A stretch of DNA of 64,000 bases from a virus (taxonomy: Duplodnaviria; Caudoviricetes), in IMG/VR virus record IMGVR_UViG_3300028171_000090, positions 1-64,000 of that record. One strand, 5' to 3'. The stretch's first letter is position 1, and every line of letters starts with the position of its first letter. A model generated the notes under the pieces. It had not been told where the DNA came from. It saw nothing but the letters and a program-made list of their open reading frames with translations, and did no database searches. A program made the position numbers and the translations under genes. Below, piece by piece: positions 37,622 through 48,529 of the stretch.

Positions 37622-38848
37622 CTATTTTTGTCGTCTATGGTATACACCAATGCCGACAGGTGTTACTTGTATATAGTCAACGGATAATTTGTAAGCAGGC
37701 GATGTATTAACAGTGTTAACTTCAATACGAAGCACGTCATTATAAGAACGTTCCCCTGTATATTCACACCCTACAAATATCGTTGTATATAGGTCTTTTG
37801 TATTTAACTCTTTTGGAGCAAATGCTACTCGACCAATTTCTTCTACCGTGATATTCGTTCCCATGGTAGTATTAATATATTGCTGAGGCATCTTCAGTTT
37901 CTTTATGGATATGTATATATCCTGAGTCGTTACAGCAATATCAGAAACTTTTAAACGTACGCCAATAGAATATACCCCAAACTTCATTGGCTTTGTATAA
38001 CATACAGCATAGTTTGTAATTGCTTTACCGTTTGTTGCAAGAGGGTCATCAACAATATGTTTCCCGTTGTAATAGTCATCACCTGGGAAGTATTCTGATA
38101 CACCTCTGTACACTGGACGATAATCCTCTACTAAGTAATCTGGAACTTGATAAATTTGAACTTCCGTAATGATATACTTAGCCGCAGTTTTACGCCCTTG
38201 ACCTAATTGTAATATAGGTCGAATAAAATTAGTTTTAGCCCATTCTTTTAATGTATTCGTAGTGTAGTTATTCTCATAAGCAAAGTTATCTTTGTCATTA
38301 TATACACCAGAGATTTCGAATGGTTGATTTGGTTTTACAAGTGTTGTACCTAACACTTGCGAAGTCTTTCCGTTAAAGTCTTGTGCTGATTGTGTCATTG
38401 CTTGATCTTTAAAGAAATCAACACGTAGACCGCAAGTACCTTCACCTTCTAAACAGAAGCCTTTGACTTTAAAATAGTATTCCGTTGTCCGTGATACAGA
38501 CAGCGGTATGTTTAGTGGTACTGACATAGCTGAAGTTCCAGCCATATCGATTTGTGTACCTTTCCCTTTTTCTAATGCGTCAACCCATTTGGTTGTCACA
38601 TCTGTAGGAGTTGATACATAACGTACCCAATCACCATGACCCAAAAGTAAATGCGGGTTTTGGAATGGGTATCGGCTAATCATTTCATTAATACGGTTTT
38701 CATTTTCTACTGTTTTTGATAAGTTCTTATTATTTGATCTTACGTAGAAATGACCAGTGTTACGGTCAACCATGAATTCGCCATTCTTTGCATTTGCATT
38801 CATAGAAATTGGCATAGGTATAAATCCAAACCGTGGTTCATTAGCCAT
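37622..38848 (-). CDS. Tail fibre/receptor-binding-like protein with carbohydrate-binding-type domains
   Basis: GEFMVDRNTGHFY and VDDPLATNGKA motifs; late promoter at 38886-38875. Confidence 0.5.
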   Translation of the reverse strand: MANEPRFGFIPMPISMNANAKNGEFMVDRNTGHFYVRSNNKNLSKTVENENRINEMISRYPFQNPHLLLGHGDWVRYVSTPTDVTTKWVDALEKGKGTQIDMAGTSAMSVPLNIPLSVSRTTEYYFKVKGFCLEGEGTCGLRVDFFKDQAMTQSAQDFNGKTSQVLGTTLVKPNQPFEISGVYNDKDNFAYENNYTTNTLKEWAKTNFIRPILQLGQGRKTAAKYIITEVQIYQVPDYLVEDYRPVYRGVSEYFPGDDYYNGKHIVDDPLATNGKAITNYAVCYTKPMKFGVYSIGVRLKVSDIAVTTQDIYISIKKLKMPQQYINTTMGTNITVEEIGRVAFAPKELNTKDLYTTIFVGCEYTGERSYNDVLRIEVNTVNTSPAYKLSVDYIQVTPVGIGVYHRRQK

Positions 38849-38941
38849 AGAGCTTCACCTCCATAATTTAATCTTAATTAGTTGTTTGTTATATGAATCG
38901 GGAGTGGCGGTAAAAAGAGAGAGGGATATCCCTCTCTCCTA

Positions 38942-41620
38942 TTAACGTTGTTTCATTGCTTCCGCCATTACAGATAAGTCTAATACAATAACGTTGTTAT
39001 TAAAGACATCTTTATACTTTTCATATAAATCTGGCGGAATGTTTGCTAAGTCAAATGATGGTAATGTTTCGAAATCTGTTAGGATTTGATAGTATTCATC
39101 ACCGACTGTAAGGAATTCCTCACCATCATGTTTCATTTCAGCATCTAATGGCATGTAACGAGTTTGTGACTGTTCCATATCCACGTAGATAATATTTTCA
39201 GGTTTAGTAAGTAATCCACTATACTTGAATGATACATATTTCGGCATTTCTTGAGAACTATCTACGACGTTATGCTTCAGATACTCACGATATAAGTCAT
39301 AGTACATATCAATCATACCAACCATTTCTGGTCCTGTAACATCAGGCTCATCATCTTTAATCTTCTCACCAATCATGAGAGATTTTAGATACACATCGTA
39401 TAAGTCTGGTCCTACATTATAGTTAGGAGAAAACTCCGATACTAATGCAAAACTAGAACGATTTAGATACGTATTAAAATGCTTACGTGAATTTACACTC
39501 CATAACTGTAATCCGTTATTGGTAGGAATCTCATGATAACGGTGAGAGATTCTTCTACCATTTAGATAAAATGTCATAATATTATCATTGAATGGAGCTT
39601 CTATTGTGCCTTTATTTGGTCGTACACGCCCATACTCTTCTACTAATTTCTCGTCATAAATAGCTTTCTGGCAAAATGGTAAAAATTCTATATAAATAAC
39701 TTCACCAATTGTAAAAGCTGCATCAATAGTAAATTTAGGTGTAGTTAAATCATTCATTAAGGTTGGGAATTCAACCGACCAACTATAGTGAGGTAACGTG
39801 CGACCATTTTTATAAATGCGATAATTTTCTTTATCATGTGTAAGATATGCCATCTCAAGTGTCCCATCCACTACTGCACGAGTAGTTTTACCTGGTACAA
39901 CGTATCGAGTAAAGACATTACAGAATGTGTTTACACATTTAAGAATAATCTTATCTGGAAATGTTTGAATTAACATACCATCTGTGCGTTCAGGATATGC
40001 GTAAATCGAATATCCTGAAAACGGATAATATCTTTTCTTAGTTGCATTATACATAAATAATTTAATATAATCCGTATCAAGAAAATCTTTATCCCCTATT
40101 ACGAATGCTTTGACATTAGCAGGGACAGTAACATCTCGTACTGCTACTGTACTATTCATACGCATCATTTCGAATTCGATAATAGATTTTACATTCACTC
40201 TTGATGAACGAATGTATACTAAAGTTTCATCATTCTGATGATAAATCAATGGCTCATCATCACGAATACCATCCACAAATACATTGAATCCAAAGCTTTC
40301 TGGATTTGGGATATTGATAAGAAAATACTGTTGGTCAAAATCTTTGAGCATTGCTGTATCCCATACATCAGAACGGTTATTCATTCGAAGTGCTTTATTG
40401 TAGTCCATTTTAGAAACATCTGCGAACTTGGACTCTGTAATTCTTGTTTTATCTTGTACCGTATCAATGTATTTATTATAGAATTCATAATCATAATTTG
40501 TTATTTCTTTTAGTTTCTTTGCTCGCCACTCAGTGTCATTTAGTTTTGAATCTACTAAATTTTGAGCACTAGTATCGACATTAGATAGAGAAAATTTCGT
40601 GATATATTCTGGAACTTTGTTTCCATCTAAGTCTGCAACGAGGTCTTTTCCATGGTCGGTATCGTACCATAAAACATGGTCCCGATAATCATGGACGTCA
40701 CCAGGCTGTTCCTCGTAGAATATCATAGCAAAGGCTTTGTCTACAGGAAGCGGGTCAATACGAAATACATCAGACGTAATCGCTGTTACACCTAAGTCCG
40801 TATATAAACCATTTGCGAATATCATAACGTTCTCAATATGTACTGGGAACTTATATTCACGTTTACCTTTCACCTTCCGTTGTAAACGGAAATGTTTCGT
40901 ACCTTTTGTTAAAGTTTGAGTCTGTTTCAATGTCGGCATACAGGTTATTTCTATAAGTTTACCAATAGCCGCATTGACGGTAATAACAAACTCATTGCCT
41001 ACTTTGCGGGCGGTAAAATCTGTTGTAAATAAACCATCCACATAACAGAACCAACCAAAGTTTTCAGCATAAGGATGATCCACCATGCTCAGTTTAAATA
41101 CGTTAGTAGTCTTAGACTGTAAGTCTAAGTAATAGTTTCGACGAATAATATGCATCGTTGTAAATACTTCGTATTTATACGGAACACATAAAATTGTGTG
41201 GAAATCTGTAAATACAATTTGGATATCACTAACTGGTATCTTTTTACCATTATGATACATATCAAATGTATACTCGTAGTATTTATTAAATTCACTCAAT
41301 GGAATCAATTGATACTTATCGAATTTGTGTAATAATACATCTTCTTGCGTCTGTTTACGTTCAAACTCTTCTACAAGCTCTAAACCTTGGCAGACAATAA
41401 AGAAGTGGGTAAATGGTTTCCAGTAATAATGTTCTTTATGTTTCACTTGCTCTTTAATCTGGAATCCGTTTTTCTTTACTTCATAGACATCCATACCAAC
41501 ACGTGCATCCTGCACGGTTGATAGGAGACTATAACTGTAATTCATAATAAACTCTTTAACTGTTTCATCTAAAGCTTCTTTACGAATTTGAGCTTTTCGT
41601 TCTCGGGTTAAAAGTTCCAT
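38942..41620 (-). CDS. Large virion structural protein
   Basis: 892 aa, beta-rich, late minus-strand operon. Confidence 0.5.
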   Translation of the reverse strand: MELLTRERKAQIRKEALDETVKEFIMNYSYSLLSTVQDARVGMDVYEVKKNGFQIKEQVKHKEHYYWKPFTHFFIVCQGLELVEEFERKQTQEDVLLHKFDKYQLIPLSEFNKYYEYTFDMYHNGKKIPVSDIQIVFTDFHTILCVPYKYEVFTTMHIIRRNYYLDLQSKTTNVFKLSMVDHPYAENFGWFCYVDGLFTTDFTARKVGNEFVITVNAAIGKLIEITCMPTLKQTQTLTKGTKHFRLQRKVKGKREYKFPVHIENVMIFANGLYTDLGVTAITSDVFRIDPLPVDKAFAMIFYEEQPGDVHDYRDHVLWYDTDHGKDLVADLDGNKVPEYITKFSLSNVDTSAQNLVDSKLNDTEWRAKKLKEITNYDYEFYNKYIDTVQDKTRITESKFADVSKMDYNKALRMNNRSDVWDTAMLKDFDQQYFLINIPNPESFGFNVFVDGIRDDEPLIYHQNDETLVYIRSSRVNVKSIIEFEMMRMNSTVAVRDVTVPANVKAFVIGDKDFLDTDYIKLFMYNATKKRYYPFSGYSIYAYPERTDGMLIQTFPDKIILKCVNTFCNVFTRYVVPGKTTRAVVDGTLEMAYLTHDKENYRIYKNGRTLPHYSWSVEFPTLMNDLTTPKFTIDAAFTIGEVIYIEFLPFCQKAIYDEKLVEEYGRVRPNKGTIEAPFNDNIMTFYLNGRRISHRYHEIPTNNGLQLWSVNSRKHFNTYLNRSSFALVSEFSPNYNVGPDLYDVYLKSLMIGEKIKDDEPDVTGPEMVGMIDMYYDLYREYLKHNVVDSSQEMPKYVSFKYSGLLTKPENIIYVDMEQSQTRYMPLDAEMKHDGEEFLTVGDEYYQILTDFETLPSFDLANIPPDLYEKYKDVFNNNVIVLDLSVMAEAMKQR

Positions 41621-41630
41621 ACTAAACCTC

Positions 41631-42596
41631 CTATTGGCTAATAGAGCTAAAGAACGTTCTATACAGTTTATCGATGTCAGCGTCTAACGTATTTTCGATT
41701 ACGTTCTGAACGTTTGTGTATGATCCGATAACAACTGCAAATAAGTTATGGTAGAATGTCGGTAAAAATTCTAGGCTTAGCATCATTGCGGCACCGTAAG
41801 AATTCACGTAGTTATCGACAAATTGTCGAGTTGTTAACTCTCCCATTCCACCTACATTCTCAGCTACAAATTTAATGAATGCATCTAAGTCTTTAAAATG
41901 TTCCTCTGGTTTAATATTACGGTCAATATCATTTACTAGTAATACACCAGATGATTTACAGTTACCGATTGCAAACTTCTTATTCATTTCTTGCATACTT
42001 GGAGAACGGCGTCCCATTACATTATATAAGAAGTAGTACGAAGTCAGATACATTACGATATCTTGACGTTCACGGTTAATACTGATAGAGAACATGCGGT
42101 TGAAAATCTTCAAGCATAGCTTACTAAACATAGATGAAGATAATTGTTGCACTTCAGCTCTCATTGAGATAGCACGATAGTTCTCGTAGCAGCTAATTAA
42201 AGTAGCTCCACATTGTAATAGATAGAATAAATTCTTCGTATCCATTTTAATTTCATTTTCTTTTCCATATGTAGCATGGTTTGAAATGTTTACTACACAT
42301 ACGATTGCTTTACCTGTATTAGCAAGGTAGCAAGGGATAGTCGTTGGAAGGCGATATTGTTTCGCATTCATAACTAACTTAATCTTTCCTTTACGTAAGC
42401 AATCTAATACGAAGTTTTTAGAAGAGTAGTGATAACGACGGTCTATTTCACCGATCATATCTTTGATTTCTGGACGGGCATCCGTAATCAATTCACCTTC
42501 TGTCAGAATACGCATCATCGTTTTTTGTAATTCGATTTGTTTGTCGTATAACTTGAATATATACGTATCAGATATACTTTTTAGCTTGTCAGACAT
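41631..42596 (-). CDS. Hypothetical late protein
   Basis: Late promoter at 42634-42623; AGAAGGGG RBS. Confidence 0.65.
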   Translation of the reverse strand: MSDKLKSISDTYIFKLYDKQIELQKTMMRILTEGELITDARPEIKDMIGEIDRRYHYSSKNFVLDCLRKGKIKLVMNAKQYRLPTTIPCYLANTGKAIVCVVNISNHATYGKENEIKMDTKNLFYLLQCGATLISCYENYRAISMRAEVQQLSSSMFSKLCLKIFNRMFSISINRERQDIVMYLTSYYFLYNVMGRRSPSMQEMNKKFAIGNCKSSGVLLVNDIDRNIKPEEHFKDLDAFIKFVAENVGGMGELTTRQFVDNYVNSYGAAMMLSLEFLPTFYHNLFAVVIGSYTNVQNVIENTLDADIDKLYRTFFSSISQ

Positions 42597-42703
42597 AGTA
42601 GCCCCTTCTTTCTATAATAATTTAATAAGTTGTTAAAATATATATTATTTTAATGGATGAATAAGTCTTGAACGATATAATATGCAATAAAGGAGGAGAA
42701 ACC

Positions 42704-43414
42704 ATGGCGAAGAAAGAAAATGAGCACACGAAATACTATAATACAAAGAGCCAACAGGTTCCAAGTGTGACGACTATAATTAAAATGCTCAACAAGCCAG
42801 AGCTTGTAAATTGGGCGAATTGGATGGGATTTAAAAAGACTAAAGTTGATGACATATTAGACTTCAGTTCCGAGATTGGAACGATGGCTCACGACTTTAT
42901 AGAACGATTCATAACCAAGGGGAAAGTGAATCTAAATAAAATAAAAACGCCTTATGAGTATAGAGATACTCCTGAGATAGCTATCCATTGTTTTGATTTA
43001 TTCCTACAGTGGTTAGATGATATGAAACCGCGAGTAGGTAAGTTTACGGGGAAAAGAACTGGTGGAGAAATCAAGTTCTTATATTCAGAATTACAGCTAA
43101 GCTGTGATACGTATGGAGGTACAATAGATTGTATCTGTACGATTGATGGTGTATTATACATTATTGACTTTAAGACAAGTTCAAGCATTTATCCAACAAT
43201 GTTTTTACAGTTATCAGCATATGTGCAATTATTTATGCACAACTATCCACAGTATGAGATAGAGAAAGTAGCCATTCTTCGATTAGATAAAAAGAAAAAG
43301 AAATATGAATTCGAAGAAATGGATTACACTGATACACTTATTTATTATGAAGCGTTCCAGAGTTTACTAGCAGTATTCCGAACGTGGTACTTATTAGGTC
43401 ATGTGAAATATTAG
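42704..43414 (+). CDS. PD-(D/E)XK exonuclease-like protein
   Basis: PSVTTI, GTMAH, E..L...GGTID, IIDFKT and QLSAY motifs; start at ATG 42704 (AGGAGG). Confidence 0.85.
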   Translation: MAKKENEHTKYYNTKSQQVPSVTTIIKMLNKPELVNWANWMGFKKTKVDDILDFSSEIGTMAHDFIERFITKGKVNLNKIKTPYEYRDTPEIAIHCFDLFLQWLDDMKPRVGKFTGKRTGGEIKFLYSELQLSCDTYGGTIDCICTIDGVLYIIDFKTSSSIYPTMFLQLSAYVQLFMHNYPQYEIEKVAILRLDKKKKKYEFEEMDYTDTLIYYEAFQSLLAVFRTWYLLGHVKY

Positions 43415-43427
43415 GGAGGTGAGAAGC

Positions 43428-44591
43428 ATGACAACAAAAGTTATTCCAGTATTTGCAGATACACACTGGGGAGTAATGGATTCAGAAAGAATGTACCATG
43501 AGTACAAAGAGACAATATTGAAGCCATTATCGAAACTACCAAAAATAGACTGTATTGTGATTGCAGGTGATTATTATGATAGTAAATTGGGTCTTGATAG
43601 TTCTGCTTCTAAGCGCGCTTTACAATTCATGGGAGAATTGATTAAGATAGCTCGTAAGAAGAAAGCCAAGATTCGAATCATTGAAGGAACGGATTCACAT
43701 GATGCTTCTCAGATAGAGAACTTCAAGTTCTTAGAGTACGATGATACAATCGACTTTAAAGTAATCCGTGAAGTACAAGAAGAAGAATTATTTGAAGACT
43801 ATTGGGTATTATATATTCCTGAAGAATATATGCAGGATAAAGATGCATTCTATTATCCATACTTTAGTCAAGAAGATCGATATAAACATATCTTTGGTCA
43901 TGGGATGTTGGACTTTGCCGCTTATACCGAGCATGTTACACATAGACCAGGAGCACCAACTTTTAATGTAAATGAATTAAACTATTGTAGCGTAGGTCCA
44001 AACTTCTTTGGTCATGTACATACAATGCAAGATTACAAACATAACTATTATTGCAGTTCTCCAACACGCTGGTGTCAAGGAGAGGAAATACCGAAAGGGT
44101 ATTATATCTGCTTAATGGATGAAGACACAGATAAGTTCGTTGTGTTGAAGATGTTTAATCATCTCGCTCGGATTTATCAAACCGTTCATATTGACAGGCA
44201 TGTCGAAGAGATGGATGTAGAAGATATTGTAAGATGGGTGGATGAGTATCGAATCGCGAACGATATTTACAAACTCAGACTACAAACGGTATACTTACCA
44301 AATAACTTGAATAGTGCTAAGTTAGCAGTATTGAAGAAACATTATCAAGGTGATAAACATATTACTTTAGATTTAAAGACGGACATCGTTCCGATTGAGA
44401 AACAAGAAGAAGAAGTTGTCGCACAGAAAGAATATCTATTTGATAAGAATTTGTCTGTAGAAGAGAAAATTCAAATTTATATTCAAAAAGAGTTAGATTA
44501 CGACATGCCTCTGGAGAGAATCAAAGAATTGCTCACAGGAGACAATAATATCGAATCCTTACTCAATAGTTTGATAGATGAAGACGACTAA
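43428..44591 (+). CDS. Mre11/SbcD-like nuclease
   Basis: DTH, GDYYD, GTDSHD, GHG and GHVH motifs. Confidence 0.8.
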   Translation: MTTKVIPVFADTHWGVMDSERMYHEYKETILKPLSKLPKIDCIVIAGDYYDSKLGLDSSASKRALQFMGELIKIARKKKAKIRIIEGTDSHDASQIENFKFLEYDDTIDFKVIREVQEEELFEDYWVLYIPEEYMQDKDAFYYPYFSQEDRYKHIFGHGMLDFAAYTEHVTHRPGAPTFNVNELNYCSVGPNFFGHVHTMQDYKHNYYCSSPTRWCQGEEIPKGYYICLMDEDTDKFVVLKMFNHLARIYQTVHIDRHVEEMDVEDIVRWVDEYRIANDIYKLRLQTVYLPNNLNSAKLAVLKKHYQGDKHITLDLKTDIVPIEKQEEEVVAQKEYLFDKNLSVEEKIQIYIQKELDYDMPLERIKELLTGDNNIESLLNSLIDEDD

Positions 44592-44703
44592 GAAGATGGG
44601 TGACTCCATCTTCTTAATTTAATTTTATGATAGCTAAAACAAAAGAATATATGAGAGGAATCGAAAAATGAAATAAATATATAGTAGGGGGTCCATTATC
44701 ATA

Positions 44704-46353
44704 ATGAGAAAAGCGAGAGTAAAGCGAACCGGAAATCGAGTTCCAATAAAGTTCCCATTATATACGCTAAATATGCTGATAGCATATACGATTAGTCAAA
44801 ATGAGAAAATTACCCGCAGCGGATTGATGAATATAAAGAAAGTTGTTGGTATGATTGACCAGCAACCATACGATCAAGACTTTGCTTTGAAAGCACGTCT
44901 TAGATTCTTAGAGATGGCGTTAGATGCCAGATTAGACAGTGGAATTGAAAATCCATTAGTCTTAGTAGACTACTGCCGTGTACAACGATATGAAGATGTA
45001 TACGAAGATATTGTCGATGATATTAAACATATCGTCTTATCAAAGAAAGAGATTAAATATGTTAATGACATGATCAGTGACAAACTAGCTCACTGTTACA
45101 TGTATCTTCATAAAGATGAAATCATGGAGACTCTAGGTAAACTAGATACAGGTGATTTCGAAGACTTAGCTTCTGTTAAGAAGAAGTTAAAGAAGTCCAT
45201 TATTCATTTAATGACAGACATGAGAAAGTCTGAAGCAAATAATGATATGGAAGGTGTATTCTCATTACGAGAAGGTACATTTGAACGCGTTGTTAAATCA
45301 ACGGTAGAGAAACTACAAAACCCTGGTAATATCTTAAAGACCGGAATCCAAGACCTGAATGAAATATTAGCAGGAGGATTCCAAGCACAACGTTTCTATA
45401 TGTTTGCAGGTCTATCAGGTGGTTTCAAATCAGGTCTATTATTAAACCTGATGTATCAAATTCGACTGTTTAATAAAAACTATGTAACCAAAGACCCAGA
45501 CCGTACGCCGGCTATCTTATTGGTTACACAAGAAAACAGTGTGGAAGAAACAATTGAACGTTTATACAGCTTAGCTGTAGCAGATACAAATGATGATGAG
45601 TTGAAATTCAACTCACCTGAAGAAGCGATTCAACTTCTACGTAAGAAAGGTCGCTTAACGTTAACAGATGAAAATAATATCGATATTCTTGTAGAATATC
45701 GAGCAGGTCAAACAATTGATACAACTGACCTGTATAGTATCATTGAAGGTTATGAAGATTTAGGATATGAAGTAATCTGCCTATTTCATGACTATATTAA
45801 ACGTATTCGTTCCGCAACAAGAGACGGGCAAGAAGAACGTTTAAAATTAGGGGCGATTGTCGATGAGTTAAAAGCATTAGCTATCGATAAAGATATCCCA
45901 GTTATATCAGCGAACCAGCTGAACCGTGATGGTGCGAAGACAATTGACTCCGCTATGGAGTTCAATCAGAATGACTTAGCGAAATTACTAGGACGCTCTA
46001 ACGTGGGTGAATCTTGGAATACGATTGAGAATAGTGACTTTGCATGTATCATCAACCGAGAGTTGAAACAGTCAACTCAAAGAATGTATCTAACATTCAA
46101 ACGTATTAAGTTACGTGGAAAACCGTTATCAGAATTAACATACTTTAACCAACCGTTTGCAGAAACAAATACAATGCGTATTGAAACTGATTTAGGTGGT
46201 CAGAAGTTATCTGAAGAAACATTAGCAACAGACTTAGCCGAAGTAATCCCAATTAACACAGGTAAGATGGGACGAATGACGGCAAAAGAGCGCGAGCCTT
46301 TAACATTCACACGTACACCAAGTCGTGAGGAAAGGCTTGCAGATATTATATAA
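44704..46353 (+). CDS. DnaB-like replicative helicase
   Basis: Walker A GLSGGFKS; FHDYI; LKALAIDKDIPVISANQLNR; late promoter at 44638-44649. Confidence 0.88.
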   Translation: MRKARVKRTGNRVPIKFPLYTLNMLIAYTISQNEKITRSGLMNIKKVVGMIDQQPYDQDFALKARLRFLEMALDARLDSGIENPLVLVDYCRVQRYEDVYEDIVDDIKHIVLSKKEIKYVNDMISDKLAHCYMYLHKDEIMETLGKLDTGDFEDLASVKKKLKKSIIHLMTDMRKSEANNDMEGVFSLREGTFERVVKSTVEKLQNPGNILKTGIQDLNEILAGGFQAQRFYMFAGLSGGFKSGLLLNLMYQIRLFNKNYVTKDPDRTPAILLVTQENSVEETIERLYSLAVADTNDDELKFNSPEEAIQLLRKKGRLTLTDENNIDILVEYRAGQTIDTTDLYSIIEGYEDLGYEVICLFHDYIKRIRSATRDGQEERLKLGAIVDELKALAIDKDIPVISANQLNRDGAKTIDSAMEFNQNDLAKLLGRSNVGESWNTIENSDFACIINRELKQSTQRMYLTFKRIKLRGKPLSELTYFNQPFAETNTMRIETDLGGQKLSEETLATDLAEVIPINTGKMGRMTAKEREPLTFTRTPSREERLADII

Positions 46354-46378
46354 AAAAGGGTAGGTAGAGATTCTCTAC

Positions 46379-46819
46379 CTACACCCTTGGTATGTCTTCT
46401 AGGAACGCATAGTTCTTCGTTCTAGATAGACGTTCTTCACATAGGTTAAGTATCTTATTGATGACTTCAAGTCTATCAGGATGCATAACCTTTAATGTTT
46501 TGTATTTAAAGTTAAATGGGCTAGAGCATCTATTCACTCGTAATAGAATATACCATAAGTCCATTGTACCGTATAAGTCACGACTTAATATTTTAGGATT
46601 CTGATAATACTTATCGAATTCTTTGTCGTCTAACTTAACGTCGATACAAATATCAATTAAGAAATCCATATAGCTATCAATTGCATTGGATATCGGAAAG
46701 ATGTTCTCTCCGATACGTAATAGATAGTGAGTCGTAGACAATTGGATTTCACTCGTTGACCCTTCTGTTATTAATTCAGACAGGGTTGTTGTAGATTCTG
46801 GATTCGATGTTACAATCAT
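46379..46819 (-). CDS. Baseplate wedge protein, T4 gp53/LysM-like
   Basis: NPKILSRDLYGTMDLWYILLRVN pattern. Confidence 0.6.
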   Translation of the reverse strand: MIVTSNPESTTTLSELITEGSTSEIQLSTTHYLLRIGENIFPISNAIDSYMDFLIDICIDVKLDDKEFDKYYQNPKILSRDLYGTMDLWYILLRVNRCSSPFNFKYKTLKVMHPDRLEVINKILNLCEERLSRTKNYAFLEDIPRV

Positions 46820-46830
46820 GGGATAACCTC

Positions 46831-47184
46831 CTATACAGTTGTAAATTCAATTCGTTTCGGATTTCTATTTGCTATAAAGCAATTTAAACGAGTACCCAGC
46901 CAAACTTCACCGTTATAGGATTGAGACCCACTTCTAGGTGAAATGATATAGTTACAAGTGACGATACTTCCTTTGACTCGAGGTCTACAGGATACGTCAT
47001 TTTGTATCATGGCAGTATTGATCTGTCTTACTGTATCTTTGGATGGGGCTATTGGAATGAATGGCATAAGTTTTGGGATATTAATATGGATAGGGGAAGC
47101 ATCACGAACGTATTTGTGATAGTCCAAGTTAAATCCATTTTCCCAAATCTCTAACTCAATATCCGTCGGGTTTTCGAAGTTCAT
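46831..47184 (-). CDS. Putative baseplate hub-associated protein
   Basis: Start moved to ATG 47184 (GAAAGG RBS); INIPKLMP motif. Confidence 0.5.
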   Translation of the reverse strand: MNFENPTDIELEIWENGFNLDYHKYVRDASPIHINIPKLMPFIPIAPSKDTVRQINTAMIQNDVSCRPRVKGSIVTCNYIISPRSGSQSYNGEVWLGTRLNCFIANRNPKRIEFTTV

Positions 47185-47258
47185 TCGAATCATCCTTTCT
47201 ATCATATTAATAGATAGTTGAACTCGTCGGACGCAATCAAAAGGAAGGAAGTATCTAT

Positions 47259-48512
47259 ATGGCAATGATTACATTAAATCAAGGACAATCTGACGCACGA
47301 GCCAAACTTGTACTCTGGTGGAAAACGAAATTCAAACAGACATTCAAGTTACAAGGACCGGCAGGTACAGGTAAGACAACTTGTATCTATAGTATGATGG
47401 CTGAGGTTGGTCTAGATGTGCGAACGGAAGTATTATTCGCAACCTATGTAGGTAAAGCAACAATACCTTTACGTATGAATGGATTACAAGGAAAAACAAT
47501 TCATTCTACCATTTATGACTTCGGAGTAGAACGAGTAATGGATGATAAAGGTAACTTTAAGATTGGACGAGATGACCGTTATGTTACAAAACCAACATTC
47601 CGTAGACGTGGAAGTTTGGGACCAAAGATTAAGCTTATCGTAGTCGATGAAGCTGGTATGGTTCCAGATGATATGAAACGTGACTTGGAATCATTTGGTG
47701 TTCCTATTATTGCAATCGGAGACGAAGACCAATTACCACCAGTATTCGGTAAGTCTTCTTTCATTAAGAATCCTGATGCAGTACTATGGGAAATTGTACG
47801 ACAAAAAGAAGGAGACCCTATCATTACATTATCTGATATGGCTCGTAAAGGTGTTGATATCCCAGTAGGTGTCTATGGTCCACGCTGTATTGTGGTTGAT
47901 GAAGACGCTATGAAACATAACTGGATATTTAACAAATCTAACATCGTTATCTGTGGGAAGAATAAAACCCGTGAGCAGATTAACGATAGAGTGCGATATG
48001 ATATCAAAGGATATCGTTCACACTTCCCAATGGTGGGAGAAACAATGGTATGTCGTAAGAATAACTGGAAAGAGACTGTCGATGATATTCCATTAATCAA
48101 TGGTCTATTTGGTACAGTGGAATATGTCTATCGTGAAACATTTAATGGTAGCAAAGTGCATATCGACTTCCAGCCAGACTTTATGGAAGATGATTATTTT
48201 GCACATATTCCAATGGATTACAATTACCTAACATTACCAATGAAAGATAAGGCAACGTATAGATATGGAGATGGTAACCGTTTTGAATATGGTTATGCTT
48301 CCACATGTCACCTTGTACAAGGTAGTCAGTATGGTTCCGTTATGGTATTAGAAGAGAAAATCGGGGATGAATTATTCCACCGTAAGTGGTTATACACAGC
48401 TATTACCAGAGCGCAACATACGTTAATCATTGTGAAGCGAAAAGAAAAAGCCAAAACATATAATGGTTATACATCATCTAAGTGGTACGATAATATAGCA
48501 GCTAAAAGCTGA
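47259..48512 (+). CDS. Dda/RecD-like SF1B helicase
   Basis: GPAGTGKT, VVDEAGMV, GDEDQLPPV and YTAITRA motifs. Confidence 0.9.
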   Translation: MAMITLNQGQSDARAKLVLWWKTKFKQTFKLQGPAGTGKTTCIYSMMAEVGLDVRTEVLFATYVGKATIPLRMNGLQGKTIHSTIYDFGVERVMDDKGNFKIGRDDRYVTKPTFRRRGSLGPKIKLIVVDEAGMVPDDMKRDLESFGVPIIAIGDEDQLPPVFGKSSFIKNPDAVLWEIVRQKEGDPIITLSDMARKGVDIPVGVYGPRCIVVDEDAMKHNWIFNKSNIVICGKNKTREQINDRVRYDIKGYRSHFPMVGETMVCRKNNWKETVDDIPLINGLFGTVEYVYRETFNGSKVHIDFQPDFMEDDYFAHIPMDYNYLTLPMKDKATYRYGDGNRFEYGYASTCHLVQGSQYGSVMVLEEKIGDELFHRKWLYTAITRAQHTLIIVKRKEKAKTYNGYTSSKWYDNIAAKS

Positions 48513-48529
48513 AGGGAGAATGAAAAATA

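Noticed and set aside
47185-47265. Head-to-head overlap of 46831-47265 with the helicase gene
   Set aside because: It disappears when the RBS-supported start at 47184 is used
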